DNA of 64,000 nt from assembly GCA_024137785.1 (NCBI GenBank), contig JAHRHZ010000058.1, positions 10,340,255 to 10,404,254 of the forward strand, read 5' to 3'. Shown in pieces: positions 50,601-62,600 of the stretch. The position numbers were made by a program, and so were the translations under genes. This stretch comes from Ginglymostoma cirratum. Taxonomy: Eukaryota. The notes beneath the pieces were generated by a model. The model searched no databases, was not told the DNA's origin, and worked only from the letters and a program-made list of their open reading frames with translations. How positions within the stretch are numbered: the stretch's first letter is position 1; the number at the start of each line of letters is the position of its first letter.

Positions 50601-53600
50601 CTCGTGTCCTCATTTTCAATAAGTTCCATTCACCATAACCCCTGTATCCCCTGACCGACATGCCCTAAGTTAATTGATACTGTAAGTTAAAATTCTCACT
50701 TGTTTTCAAATCCTTTCTTGGCCATCCCCTTTTGTTTCAGATCTACAATGCTCAGAAATATCCACACTCCAACATAATTTCTCACCTCTTAACGTCTTGG
50801 ATTCCAATCACACTGCAAGACACTGAATGCCCTTCTTTCTGCCTCATTCTTCTCTACTACTGCAAAGCCTGCCTCTTTGAACAGGCTTTTGACAATTTGC
50901 CTTAAATCCTCAAAAGAACAAAACAGCACAAGAAGAAGCCCTTTGGCCCTCCAAGTCTGCGCCGACACATTTTACCCTTCCATACTAAAACTGTCTTCAC
51001 TTACAGGATCCATATCCCTCTATTCCCTTCCTATTTGTGTAATCGTCCAGGAGTTTCTTGGTTGCTACTATTGTGCCTGTTTCAACCACCTACTCTGGCA
51101 ACGTGTTCCAGGCACTCACCACCCTTTGTGTGAAAAACTTGTCTCGCACATCTCTTTTAAATTTCCCCCCTTGCACCTTGAACTTGTGTCCCCTAGTAAT
51201 TGACCCCTCCAACCTGGGAAAAAGCCTCATATACTTTCCACTCTAACCGTGCCATTCACAATCTTATAAACTTCTATCAGGCTGCGCCTCAACCTGTGTT
51301 CCAGTGGAAACAAACCCAGTCTATCAAACTTTTCTTCATAGCTAAAATCCCCCATACATGGCAACATCCTGATAAACCTTTTCTGTACCCACTCCAAAGC
51401 ATCCACTTCCTTCTGGTAGCGTGGGGCCAGAACTATATGCAACATTCCAATACATCTCCTTCTACAGTTTAGCATTGTAGTTTTATAAAGCCTCTGAGCA
51501 CTGCCTTGGGATGTTTCAATGGTGCTATATAAATACCAATTGTTACCTATTAAGTTATGAATTTCTGTTTTTTAAGTGGACAGAGAACAATTGACTTTTG
51601 AGTACTACATTAGAACTTAATTTTTAATTGAATAAGTCTTTTTAAATTTTATGTTGTACAATAAGTAAAAGGAATTAAATCACGTAGAGCAATTCTATGT
51701 ACAAATGCTTAACAGGTAAATCTGAAATTCTCTCCACCTCAGCAATTCATTAACCCCTATATTAGAGATGAAGAAGAGGGAGAAACTGCAATGCTGGTGG
51801 TTAAGAACATCCAAGTTGGTATCACACAGGATGCCATAAAAAAAGGATGATTTTTGACCCAATCTCACCATATAAAAGAAAGCATAGCGTTCTTAAAATA
51901 AAACTTATTATACATTTTTTTTTTAAATCCAGAAAGTGTTATGACAAAACCTATGCATATTTAACATTTACAATAAAAACTCAATGAGTACATTTCGAGA
52001 AGCAGTATTTTTCATATCTAACCTTAAACTCTGCATCTTTGCAGAAAAGGCACGGATCATGATCTATCAACCTAGACTGTTTGGCACAATCAAGAAACCA
52101 AACCAAAAGCAGAAACTTCTTCAGTGTAAATTGTGCCAAAACCTCCTGGTGCTCTAGAAAAATCAAAATAAACAGTTACGATATAATTTACCGTTACATT
52201 AATTTCTCGTTAGGGCTCAATGCAGTACCAACAGTATTTCTACACTACTAATTGAGTTGCAACTCCAAATCCAAGATGGAAATCTAATCAATACGCAAGG
52301 AAACAACATACATTAGTTACAATCCATTGCATTTGAACAAGCAAATTAAGGTTGTTATCAATGATGAGTAGTATTTGAATATTATTAATAGTTATCAATC
52401 ACAGCCATGGCTAAGTTGGTAGCACTCACACCCGCCTCAAAATATTGAGAAATCACGTCCCACTCCAGGACAAACATAAAATCTAATCTACCACAATGTT
52501 GCAGTGCTGACAGCATTGGACTATTAGAAGTGTTATCTCTTAGATGAAATGTCAACACAAGACCTCCATCTGCTTGCTCAATAGAAGTAAAAGATTCCAT
52601 GGAACCATTCTGAAGAAGAGTGGGTGAAATATAGGAACTTTGGAGTAGGAATAGGTCAAACATCCCCTGTAGCTTGTCCTATATGCTGATTATCAACCTC
52701 ACACGATAATTCCATGCTATCTACACATACCATTCTGTCCTCAATGTACTTAATGACAGAGCTTCCGCAACTCTCTGACCTAGAAAATTTCAAAGATTCA
52801 CCATTCTAAACAGAGAAGTTTCTCTTTGTCTCAATCCTAACTGGCTAGCCTTTCATTGTGACTTGGTGCCCCCTTGGTTCTTGACTTCAATCAGGAAAAC
52901 ATCCTTCTTGCATCTACTGTCTACCCCTTTAAGAAATTTCCGAGATCACCACTCATCCTTCTGAACTCTGGAGAAAACAAGCTCAGTCTTCCCAGGAGTC
53001 AGATCTGGTAAACCATATTGCATTTGCTTTATAGTAAGTATGCCTCTTTTTCAGCAAGGGGATCCGAACTGTATATCATAGTCCAGTTGCAATCTCAACA
53101 CTGTCCTATGCAATTGAATAATAGACACCTCTGCTCCTGTACTCAAATTTTCTTGCAATAAAAGCCAATATACAGTTTTCCTTCCATATTGTTTGCTGGT
53201 ACTTTGACAAGCATTTATTTCTCTATCAATATCACAAAAACTGGTCATTATCAAATTGACCTATGGGAGTTTCCTATGCACAATTTTGGCTTGTGTGCAG
53301 TTTCTACATTAGAAAAGCAAACAGACTTTCAAATTAACTTTACTTGAAGCAAACCACTTTAATACAACAGGTAGTCATGAAAGGCATCAAATAAAACCTT
53401 TTCTCCTTTCTTTTTTGTATATCTTAGTAATTTTCTTGTTTCAAGCTGCCTCAAAAATAAACATGTAACTGCCCAACAAACAGCAATTTTTTTTCTGGCA
53501 TGTTAACATGCTTATGCTCTAATCAATTAATAAACTTTGCACATATGGCAAGATTTGTAGAAGGAAATGACAGCAGCACCACATAGAAGATATAAGGGCA

Positions 53601-56600
53601 GACTGGCACCTTGATTGCTTAAAACTGCAGTCTCATTTAAGTTAAAACAATCTTGACCAATAAAAGAAACTGCAGAGATATTTGTCTTTGAGGTATATGT
53701 TCAGTTTATCAGGAGCCAAAATAATTCTTTGGCATTGCCCCAAAGTGGCTATGTCCCCTCACTAGCCTTGCGTAGCAAACTGTCTGAGACTCCTTGCCAT
53801 TGCAGCCGTGGCTACCAAACCATCAGCTCACCCATATTCTCAACGGTCTTGTTCACCTACTCAGTTTTTTATTTCTCCTCCGGTCACAGGCCATTCCCTC
53901 CTGCACTTGCTGCTGATCAGCAAATATAGGGGATTAGATCAACCAACAAGTGCAGCAGTAGTTCCTTTCAATATTTGAATTCCAAACGTGCGGGTAAATT
54001 TTCTTTCTGATTGCCAAGGAAAAATGAGTCATGGGCTGACCAATTTGGCTATTTTTGGGGATATGTTCACCCACTGCTCTTGTATAGTTTGAGAGTTGCA
54101 GCTCATCATGTTCTACAAGCTCCTCCATTATTGCAAACTATACATCATACAACCTGTAACATCATACAACTCAGATAGCAAGCTGAAATCCCACAATTAC
54201 AAGACGCAAGATTGAATCTAATAAATCTGGTCATTTTAGAGCTAGGACTCTGAAAATTAAAAACTGATAATGTATGGAAGAGCAACTAGTTCATTAACGC
54301 CATCCAAGAGAAGGGGAAATGCCACACCTACCCAATCTGCCATCTAACTCATGTCCACGCGGTCAAGTTATAATGGTCTTAAGTGGACTAACAAGTTACC
54401 TCAGTTGTAACAATTATGAAATTAGCAGCAGAAGCAGAATCCACAATAGCTTTTGAAAAGAAGTGAATATACATTTGTAAAAAATTTGGGAAACTTGGGA
54501 AGTTTTATTAGAGATGACATGATAGAGTGTGGTCTTATTTTGTGCTGTAAAATTTATTGATTTTAATCAATATTAATCGAATTAGCATAACCAAAATCTG
54601 CACACAGAAAACAAAATTTGCACTTGTTGAAACTTAAATGAAAGTTGAGTTCCAATCCATCTTTTTCAAAATTCTGCTGGAGGTCCTTCAAGTCAATGAG
54701 AGCCCTATAATTTACATGTCACACTTACATTTTGAAACACTTTTCATATTAAAAGCAAAACATTTTTTACCGTCACGATATAAATGTGGCACAGTCGGAT
54801 GTCGAAATGCTGCAGTTATATCAGAATTCCAAAGTAGGCGATTTAAAATAAATCTAGCTAAGCCAATCACATCGCTGTTGCTTTCCAATGGAATCAGTTC
54901 ACCAAATACACACTGAAACATGACGCAAGATGAAGATTTCAGCCAATACATCAAAATATGTTCTCCATAAAAAAACTGTCATATTTGTTTATATTACAGT
55001 ATTCCTAATTGTGCAAAGTAAGCCTTACCTCCAGCCCTATACGCAACCATAGAGGATTATATGACAAAAGCCACTTTAGGATCTTCTGTCGCTCTCCTTC
55101 AGTGGAGAAGAAAATATAAAAGGTAAATATAATAGCATGTACCTACTGAAGAAAATTTCTAAAATCTCTAAAATTCAAATTTAGGTTCCGCATTCCACAA
55201 ATGAAGGGAAGCAACTTTCATGCAGCTATACCACTAAATATGATGTTGCTTTAAGGACATATTGAACTTTTGTATACAATTACATTCCTTCTAATAAAAA
55301 CTCTGCTTGAACAGTGATGATAAATCATTTCTGACCTTCATTTTGCTGTCCACTCAATACAAGTAATTAGACCTGTGTCTCATAAATATGTTATAGAATT
55401 GAGAATGTAAAAAGGCCGCCTTGAACTTAGACAGATACTATCTTCAGATTTTATTTATCTTACCATCAAATCCAGCATTATTATACCTAGATCACATTAA
55501 CAGAAATGTAACAACTCTATATATCAATTTTGGTCAGGGCCAATTCCATATACCAAGGACTGTTGCAAACAGTTTGCTCAGGCTATTTAGCGCATCTCAT
55601 TTCTGAAAGACAAACCAAAGACTCTCAAATGTCAGTAGTGGAAGATTTAGGGGACAGTGATCATCACCTCAAAGTCAGGTCAGCTAAGGAAAAACAGCAA
55701 CCAAAGAATAAGAAAAAATAATTAATGGAAAGCCAATTTCAGTGGAGTGAGAATAAACCTAGCCCAAATCAATGGAAATTAAAAGACTGGCAGGTAAAAT
55801 GGTATCTGCAAAATAGATTACCTTTAGGGAAGGGACAAGTCGGCAACAGACCATGTCTAGTCCCATGATGAGACAATGGCCTAGTGATATTATCACCACT
55901 ATTAATCCAGAGATGCAAATAATGTTCTGAAGACCTGGGTTCAAGTCCCACAATGGCAGATGGTGGAATTTGAATTCAATAAAAAGAAAAATCTGGAATC
56001 AAAAGTGTAATCATGCCCATGAAACTACTGAAGATTGTCAGGGAAAACCCATCTGGTTCACTAATGTCCTTTAGGGAAGTCAGCTGTCAACTGGACTACA
56101 CTTGACTCCAACACATAGCTATGTGGTTGCCTCTCAACTGCCCTTTGGGCAATGAATCCACATCCTCTCAATGAATATATTAAAAAAAAGTGGAAAAGCA
56201 GACCTCCTGGATGACAAAAATAGTAGAGATTAAGAAGTGTTTCTGATATCCTTAATGACATCCAAAGAATGACCTTAAAAGGTAAGCCCAGCAGCTACTG
56301 ACCAGTCAGTTTAATCTTGGTAGAGGGGAAGCTTCTAGCATTTGGACAAAATTATTCATTAATTGGGTAATCCAGATTTATTAAGAAAAGCCAGTACTGA
56401 CTTATACAGCAATAAAATGGAATTAACTATCTTGCTGGAGTTTTTGTTAAGGATGCTGCCAGCTTCATTAGTTATGCTGACAACCTGTTCTTCAATAATT
56501 TATAAACATTCTCAACATAAGTTCCATTGCTCTTGCATCTCCTTTAGAATTGTATCCTTAATTTCATATTGTCTCTCCACATTCTTCCAACCAGAAGTAT

Positions 56601-59600
56601 CACTCCACACTACTCTGCGTTGTATTTGTTCTGTCACTTGTCCACATACTCAATCAACCTATGTCCTCATGAAGCTCCGCACCATCGTCCTCAATTCACA
56701 ATGCTGCCTAATTTTGCTTCAGCTGCAAATTTTGAAATTGTGATTTGTGTTGTGATACTGTGAATTTGAGAACTTTAATAACTGCGCATGGATTGAAAAA
56801 AAACAATCAAAGATAAACTGTTATACATGGAAAGAAGCAGCAGTAACAGTGTCTGGAATAAACTATTAAAGACAATGATAAACTTATACAGAAATTGAAA
56901 ACAATTAGTCAAGTCCGAGAAAAGGAGGAATTGAAGCCACGGAAACCAATCTGTTTGAGAACTGGTTGCTTTATGCCAAAAGGATAACTAATTGCTCTGG
57001 AAAAGAATTTAAGGAGTTAAGACAGGAAACTTGTGTCTTCAAATGTGCACAGTTCAGGCCAAACAAGGAGCAGAGAAATTACTTCTCATAAGGAAACAAG
57101 GTACAGTCTCAAGGACTCAAAGAGTAATCAATATTTTGGATGAAAGGACGAAAATCTGTATAAAAGAATCTAACACCAGAAGAATTGAGCAGCAGAACGT
57201 TGAAGAACAACACTACACTAGGATTAAGCCTGGACATTTCTAGAGACAGACACTACTGGTTGGAATTGTAATTAAATTCCACCATTAATTGGTTAGTAGC
57301 CAAGTTGAGTTGTGAGACTTAACTTGCTTACTTGAGAGATCTTATTTTGGTTGCTAAATGAAAAAGGTTTAAATCTTGTTTCAGTACTTGATTATCTACG
57401 AGATTTCTTAATAAATAACCAAATTAAAGGTAACTTGTGGTGATTTGCCCAAAACAGTACACTAATGTGTATGTTAAAACATGTGTCAGGGTCCCAACAC
57501 TGGCTGCACTGACATTACAGACTTTCCCCCTGTCTGAGAAGCATCTACTAACCATTACTCTTCACTGCTTGTCACTCAGCCAATTCTATACCCACATTGC
57601 TACTGTCCCTTTATTCCACATGCTCCACTTGGCATGCGTTTTGGAAGTCCACCTGCAGCACATCAACAGCATTGCTCTCAATCATCTGTTACTTCCTCAG
57701 CAAGAACTCTAGCAAGTTGGAAAAATTTCTCATAACAACCAACTCATGTTCTTGAAAATTAATCCACTTTTTCCATGTGATTATTAACATTTTCCCAAAT
57801 AACTGTTTCTAGAAATTTCACCAAAGTTAAACTTGACTATAACCACTGGACTTATCTTTACAACCTATTTTGATTAAGGGCATAATGTTTCTGCTTTTCC
57901 AGTCCTCCGACACCAGTTCCGAGACCAAGGAAGATTGCAAGATCGTTGTCAGTGCCTCCGCAATTTTTCGCTATCTTAAATATCCTTGGATTCACCTCAT
58001 CCTGTACTGGTGCGTTAGCGACTTCAAGTACTGACAGCTTATCCAGTACGTCTCATCAATTTTAAACCCTTTGACTGACTGTGCTGTCTCCTCTGTCACC
58101 TTGGTCTGGGCAGCAGCTGCCTCACAGGTGAAGACAGATGCAAGGTGTTAATTTAACACTTTTGCCATGCTTTCTGTCTCCAGGTTTAAATCCTCTCTTT
58201 GAGTCCCTAATCAACCCTACTCCTACTTTTGCCACTGCTTTATTATTAATGTGCCAATAGAAGACTTTGAGATTTCTGTTTATGTTGGTTACCAGAACTT
58301 TTTCATAATCCCTCATTCCTTTTCTTATTTGCTTTTCCACATCGCTCTGAACCTGTTGTTTTCAGCTTGGATCTCTATTGTATTTTTACTTGACACTTTT
58401 CCTTCTTCACCTTTATTGTTATCTCCTCCATCGCCCAGAAACATCTGGATTTGTTTACCTGTCTTTTCCTTGAGATGCTGCAGAGGCACTTTCAGTTGAC
58501 ACATTCGAGAATTGGATTGTTATTTGAAAAGGAAGAACCAGTAGGACTACAAGAAGGTGGGAGAGTGGCATGAGGTAAATTGCTACCATTGAGTGCTGCC
58601 GCAGACCAAAAAGCCTCATTCTGTTCTCTATCAATTGCATCTCAGTGCTCAGTGCCTTTCCCAGAGGATCGCATATTTGATTACTGGATAAAGTTTGTAT
58701 GTGGCTTCACTACATTCAAGTGTGACATGATTGATGATTTTTTTTCATCTTTTTTAGGTATGCTTCCATATTCTCTGCTTCTCTTCCCTTTCAACCATAC
58801 AAAAAAGTGGGGTGATAGGAGGTTTGTGCGATGCATAGACCTGTTAGGCCAAATGGTCTGTTACTATGTTGTACTTTAATAACCAGCTTAGGGGAAAATA
58901 TCTCCCCTCATACTACTAATTCTATGTAATATTCAGGAAATTTTGAGCTGCCAAGATTTCCAAAACTTCTTAATGGCCTAGGCCAAGGTCACGAAGCTCA
59001 AAGCAACATTCCAGAAATTCCCAAATTTTATTCATATATACACAAGGTTGAGAACCCACAAGCATTGCTGTTGTCTCAAAACTGTGGTTGAAAAATGCAT
59101 TTCATACTTCTTTGCTATGAGGTGGAGAGGGGCAAAAAGACAATTTGTTGCCTAAGAAAATCTGACTGAGCTAAAATTTAGAGAATAGCAACACCGCATA
59201 TTATGGTTCAGTTTTTATTAAATTTTATTAAAATTTCATCAGATCGATTTGTTTGTCAGAGTTTCATTCAAACAAGAAGTTTCAAAATTCCCTCAAGACT
59301 GTGAAACCCCACCTCCAAGATTGCAAATCTTGCATCAGCTTCAAAATTAGCACAACAAAAACAGAAGAATTATATGTTTGAAAATTTACCAATGTCTTTC
59401 CAGAGATATCGGTCTTTCCGCACGACCAGATGTTTAGCTTCAATGGCTGCTTCCAACTTATGTATAACTTTAACCATTCCTTCAGATGCAAATAGTCTGC
59501 AGGCTGCACGGCGAAGACGATTAAGTCTACATTTTGCAGTGTATGCTCTCAGTGACATTTCTTCATTGGTTGGTGCTGCAGGGACACTAATTTTGTGGTG

Positions 59601-62600
59601 CTGTGTCTCAGAACCCATAAACAGCGTAGCAGTATTTACTAAAAAAACAAAAACAAATACCATAACAATAGGGCTTAACATTTTTGATAACTGTCTTCCT
59701 GATTAAGAACCAGAAAAGGATCTCTTTGATTGATTAGGCATATTTAAAAATTCACATAAAATTTTAAGTTTAAAATTCGAAACTGTTCAACCAGCACCAC
59801 GATTGACAAGAAACTACTGCCAACATAAAAATTCTTAAATACACACTTGAAAAGGTAAGAAACAATGGCAAAATGTAACACTTGGGATGAATACAACACA
59901 AACTATAGAAAAGAGTGAACACAAAGCAGCACATTGTATGCTGCTCATGAGAGCTCACCTCTAGAGGACTCTGTATTCACTGTAAAGTCATCAGGAGTAA
60001 GAATGAAATTCAACCACCACGTGAAACCCCTTTCCTGCTTCTCCTTCCATTGTTCATCATAATACATGTTTCCTGTAGAAAATGGGTTTGGATGTCTAGG
60101 AATAACTGCAAATAAGAAATGTGAATAATAGCATTTCTGATTAGTACATTTAGACAGAGTATTCATCGACAAAATAATCTCAAAATTATTATGCGCAGCA
60201 TATATTTTGCTTCAACATTTTTGTGCTTTGGTTGGTGATATGAAAAAACAAAACAGAGTGCGCCAATGGTAGTAGATGTTGGTGATGAAGTTGTTCATAA
60301 TTCCAGCAGCATTTTCTACTAGAACTAATGCACCAACCAATCAGTTTACTTAATTAATAACATTTGATTCAAAAATCAAAGGGCACTCATAACAAACGAG
60401 AGAATGAACCAAGATTACACAATCACAAATACATACCTCTGACTGGGTAACAATAACAATATTGCATTTTAGCAGGAATCATAAAATGTATTAATAAGAA
60501 ATTCAACTAAATGGCCTACAGCAAATTAAAATGTATAAATTCTTCAAGTTGCCTGACACAAATTTTGAACAAAAAGCTCAAGACATGTATTAAGATAAAA
60601 ATGTGAGCAGTTACGACTTATCAGAATGACTAAATGCAACACTCATAGAATATCTAACAATGGCATTTTAAGAGTGAATTTTTCACCTATTGATTGTTGA
60701 CACAGCTGGTTTCTCACCTTTTTACAGATAATCATGAGCTCACTGATATGTTGGGAAAATACCAGATTCTGGCACATACCAGCAGAAACTTTCTTGAGCA
60801 CACTTTTTGTACACCACTTCACTAACCCCAAGTCCAGTGGTCATTCAAAGCCAGCTATATAACTTAGTCCCAGGTCTGTCAAGGCAACATCTTTCAAAAC
60901 AGGTTTGGTACCTTCTAAACAGACTGTTATTCACCAAATGGAAAGGTTTTCACCGGGGCACATGGAACCGGATATAGTTCCTAGTATCCCTTGGTAAGGT
61001 AAATCCAGTCCTTTTTTTTGCGCTCTAGCTGTAGAGTACCAATTTAGAATAGTTCAAATTTCACAGTACAATTCTTTGCCCAAATGTAAACAATGACCTT
61101 TGCTAATGTGTCACCAAAAATGGCATTACTGTCAGCTGTAATACAAGTATATGTAACCGTAATTATAAAAAGTGTATTAAAATGACTTGAACAATGTAAA
61201 AATACAACAAAATAGCAAATGGAACCTCAAAGCATTGCGAAGTTACTTCACATAAACAGTTAAACAGATCATCTTTAAAAAAGTAATAACATTTTTTGTT
61301 CAGATTACAAAAAAATTAGCAAGTCTACAAATACTGTACATTCACCTACCTGTCTTGATTAATTTCCTAAAAGCAAATTGCGACTGAGCAACTCCAGGCA
61401 TAAGCTTTCCAGGTTTTACTTGAGCAGTAACAGAGGCCTGAACATGAGAAACTGTGGAGTTCAACAAAACTATACATTTTACTCCATGAATTTACAAGCT
61501 ACAATAGCTAATCCTTAAAGCAAGCATCTTTAAGAACTGCCAAAACAAAAAAAAAGCCACATATTTGCATAACATAAATTTGTTTAGTAATTGATTAAGC
61601 AGCAATGTTTATGTCCAGTAATGAGCTTGATTTGGAGTTATTAGCTATTTGTATGCCAGGCAATTTACATCAATAATAGATGGACAAGGTTGAACTTCTT
61701 TTCTATTGAAAATGGATACCACTTATACACAAAGTACACAGATTTCTGAAACAAAATGAAGAAACTGTGCAGCACCACTTGTTTCATTTGCCTTATTGGC
61801 AAGATAAGCTGCAAAGAAGATATTCTTTAATTGGACCTGGGGCCCATGCCTATGACATAACTCAGGTTCTTATCTGATTAAGCAAAAGCTTAGCTATGGC
61901 ATGATCTGTACAGTACTGCTTTATAAAAATTAGACCTCAAGCAACTGAATAACCTCCTACTATGTGACAGCAGAACTGTTCAGTAACCGCTGAACCTTTG
62001 GGCCAGATTTTCCAAGGAGTGGCAATCTTATTTAGATTGCTACACCAGCCCTTTCCAAAAACAAAAGACATCAAAGAAGGGAACCCAGGCCTCTGGTGGA
62101 AATATGTAACTGTACTTCCATCACGACAGTTCTTCTGTAGGGCGGAGAAGTCAGAGGAAGACAAACCACACCTCTTTTCACAGCAGTCAGAGGCAGTGTT
62201 CTGAAAGTCAAAAATTCTGACGACTATTTGAACAGTTGCTGTCAAACTGTAATGCATAAGCCAAGTGTGATGTTAGGGTGCTGAGAGGGCAGAGTGATTC
62301 GGGTTTTAGGTAAGTAAGCTGGCAGGTGAGTAGGACAACATGTGTGTAGTGTGCTCGCTGTGAAAGGGATAAAGGTGCCAGGATATCTGATGAGTACACG
62401 TACCATGCAGAGGATGGGATATAGTGGGTTGCATGCCAATAAATTATACCATATTTAGGGCAGGTGAAGGTGGATGGAGAATATAGGGTGGGGGTGGTCA
62501 AGTCAGGGTGTGGAGGGAGGTGTAGTTGGGGAGCATGATAGGTATGGGCTCAGCTGAAGAGTTATTCAGGAATTAGACTATGTATTTAATGCTCTAAATT

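Larger units (their letters stand above)
49230..51550 (+). mobile_element. L2-clade LINE 3' region split into pieces (about 49230-49605, 50660-50910, 51480-51550)
   Basis: VRKFGFIF...MSFQPH...FQFCNIA...ESLIH (VRNLGVIFD..LSF.PH..FHLRNIA..ETLIHAF), later LKILT.VFKS, and a tail gccttgggatgtt...gctatataaat. Confidence 0.6.

Noticed and set aside
61438-61440. Alternative acceptor GTTCAG for exon 4
   Set aside because: It would start in phase 0, incompatible with the phase-1 donor of exon 3; the acceptor at 61452-61453 fits.
62485-62531. G-quadruplex-like G-runs on the plus strand
   Set aside because: Long irregular loops inside a probable repeat, with no supporting context.
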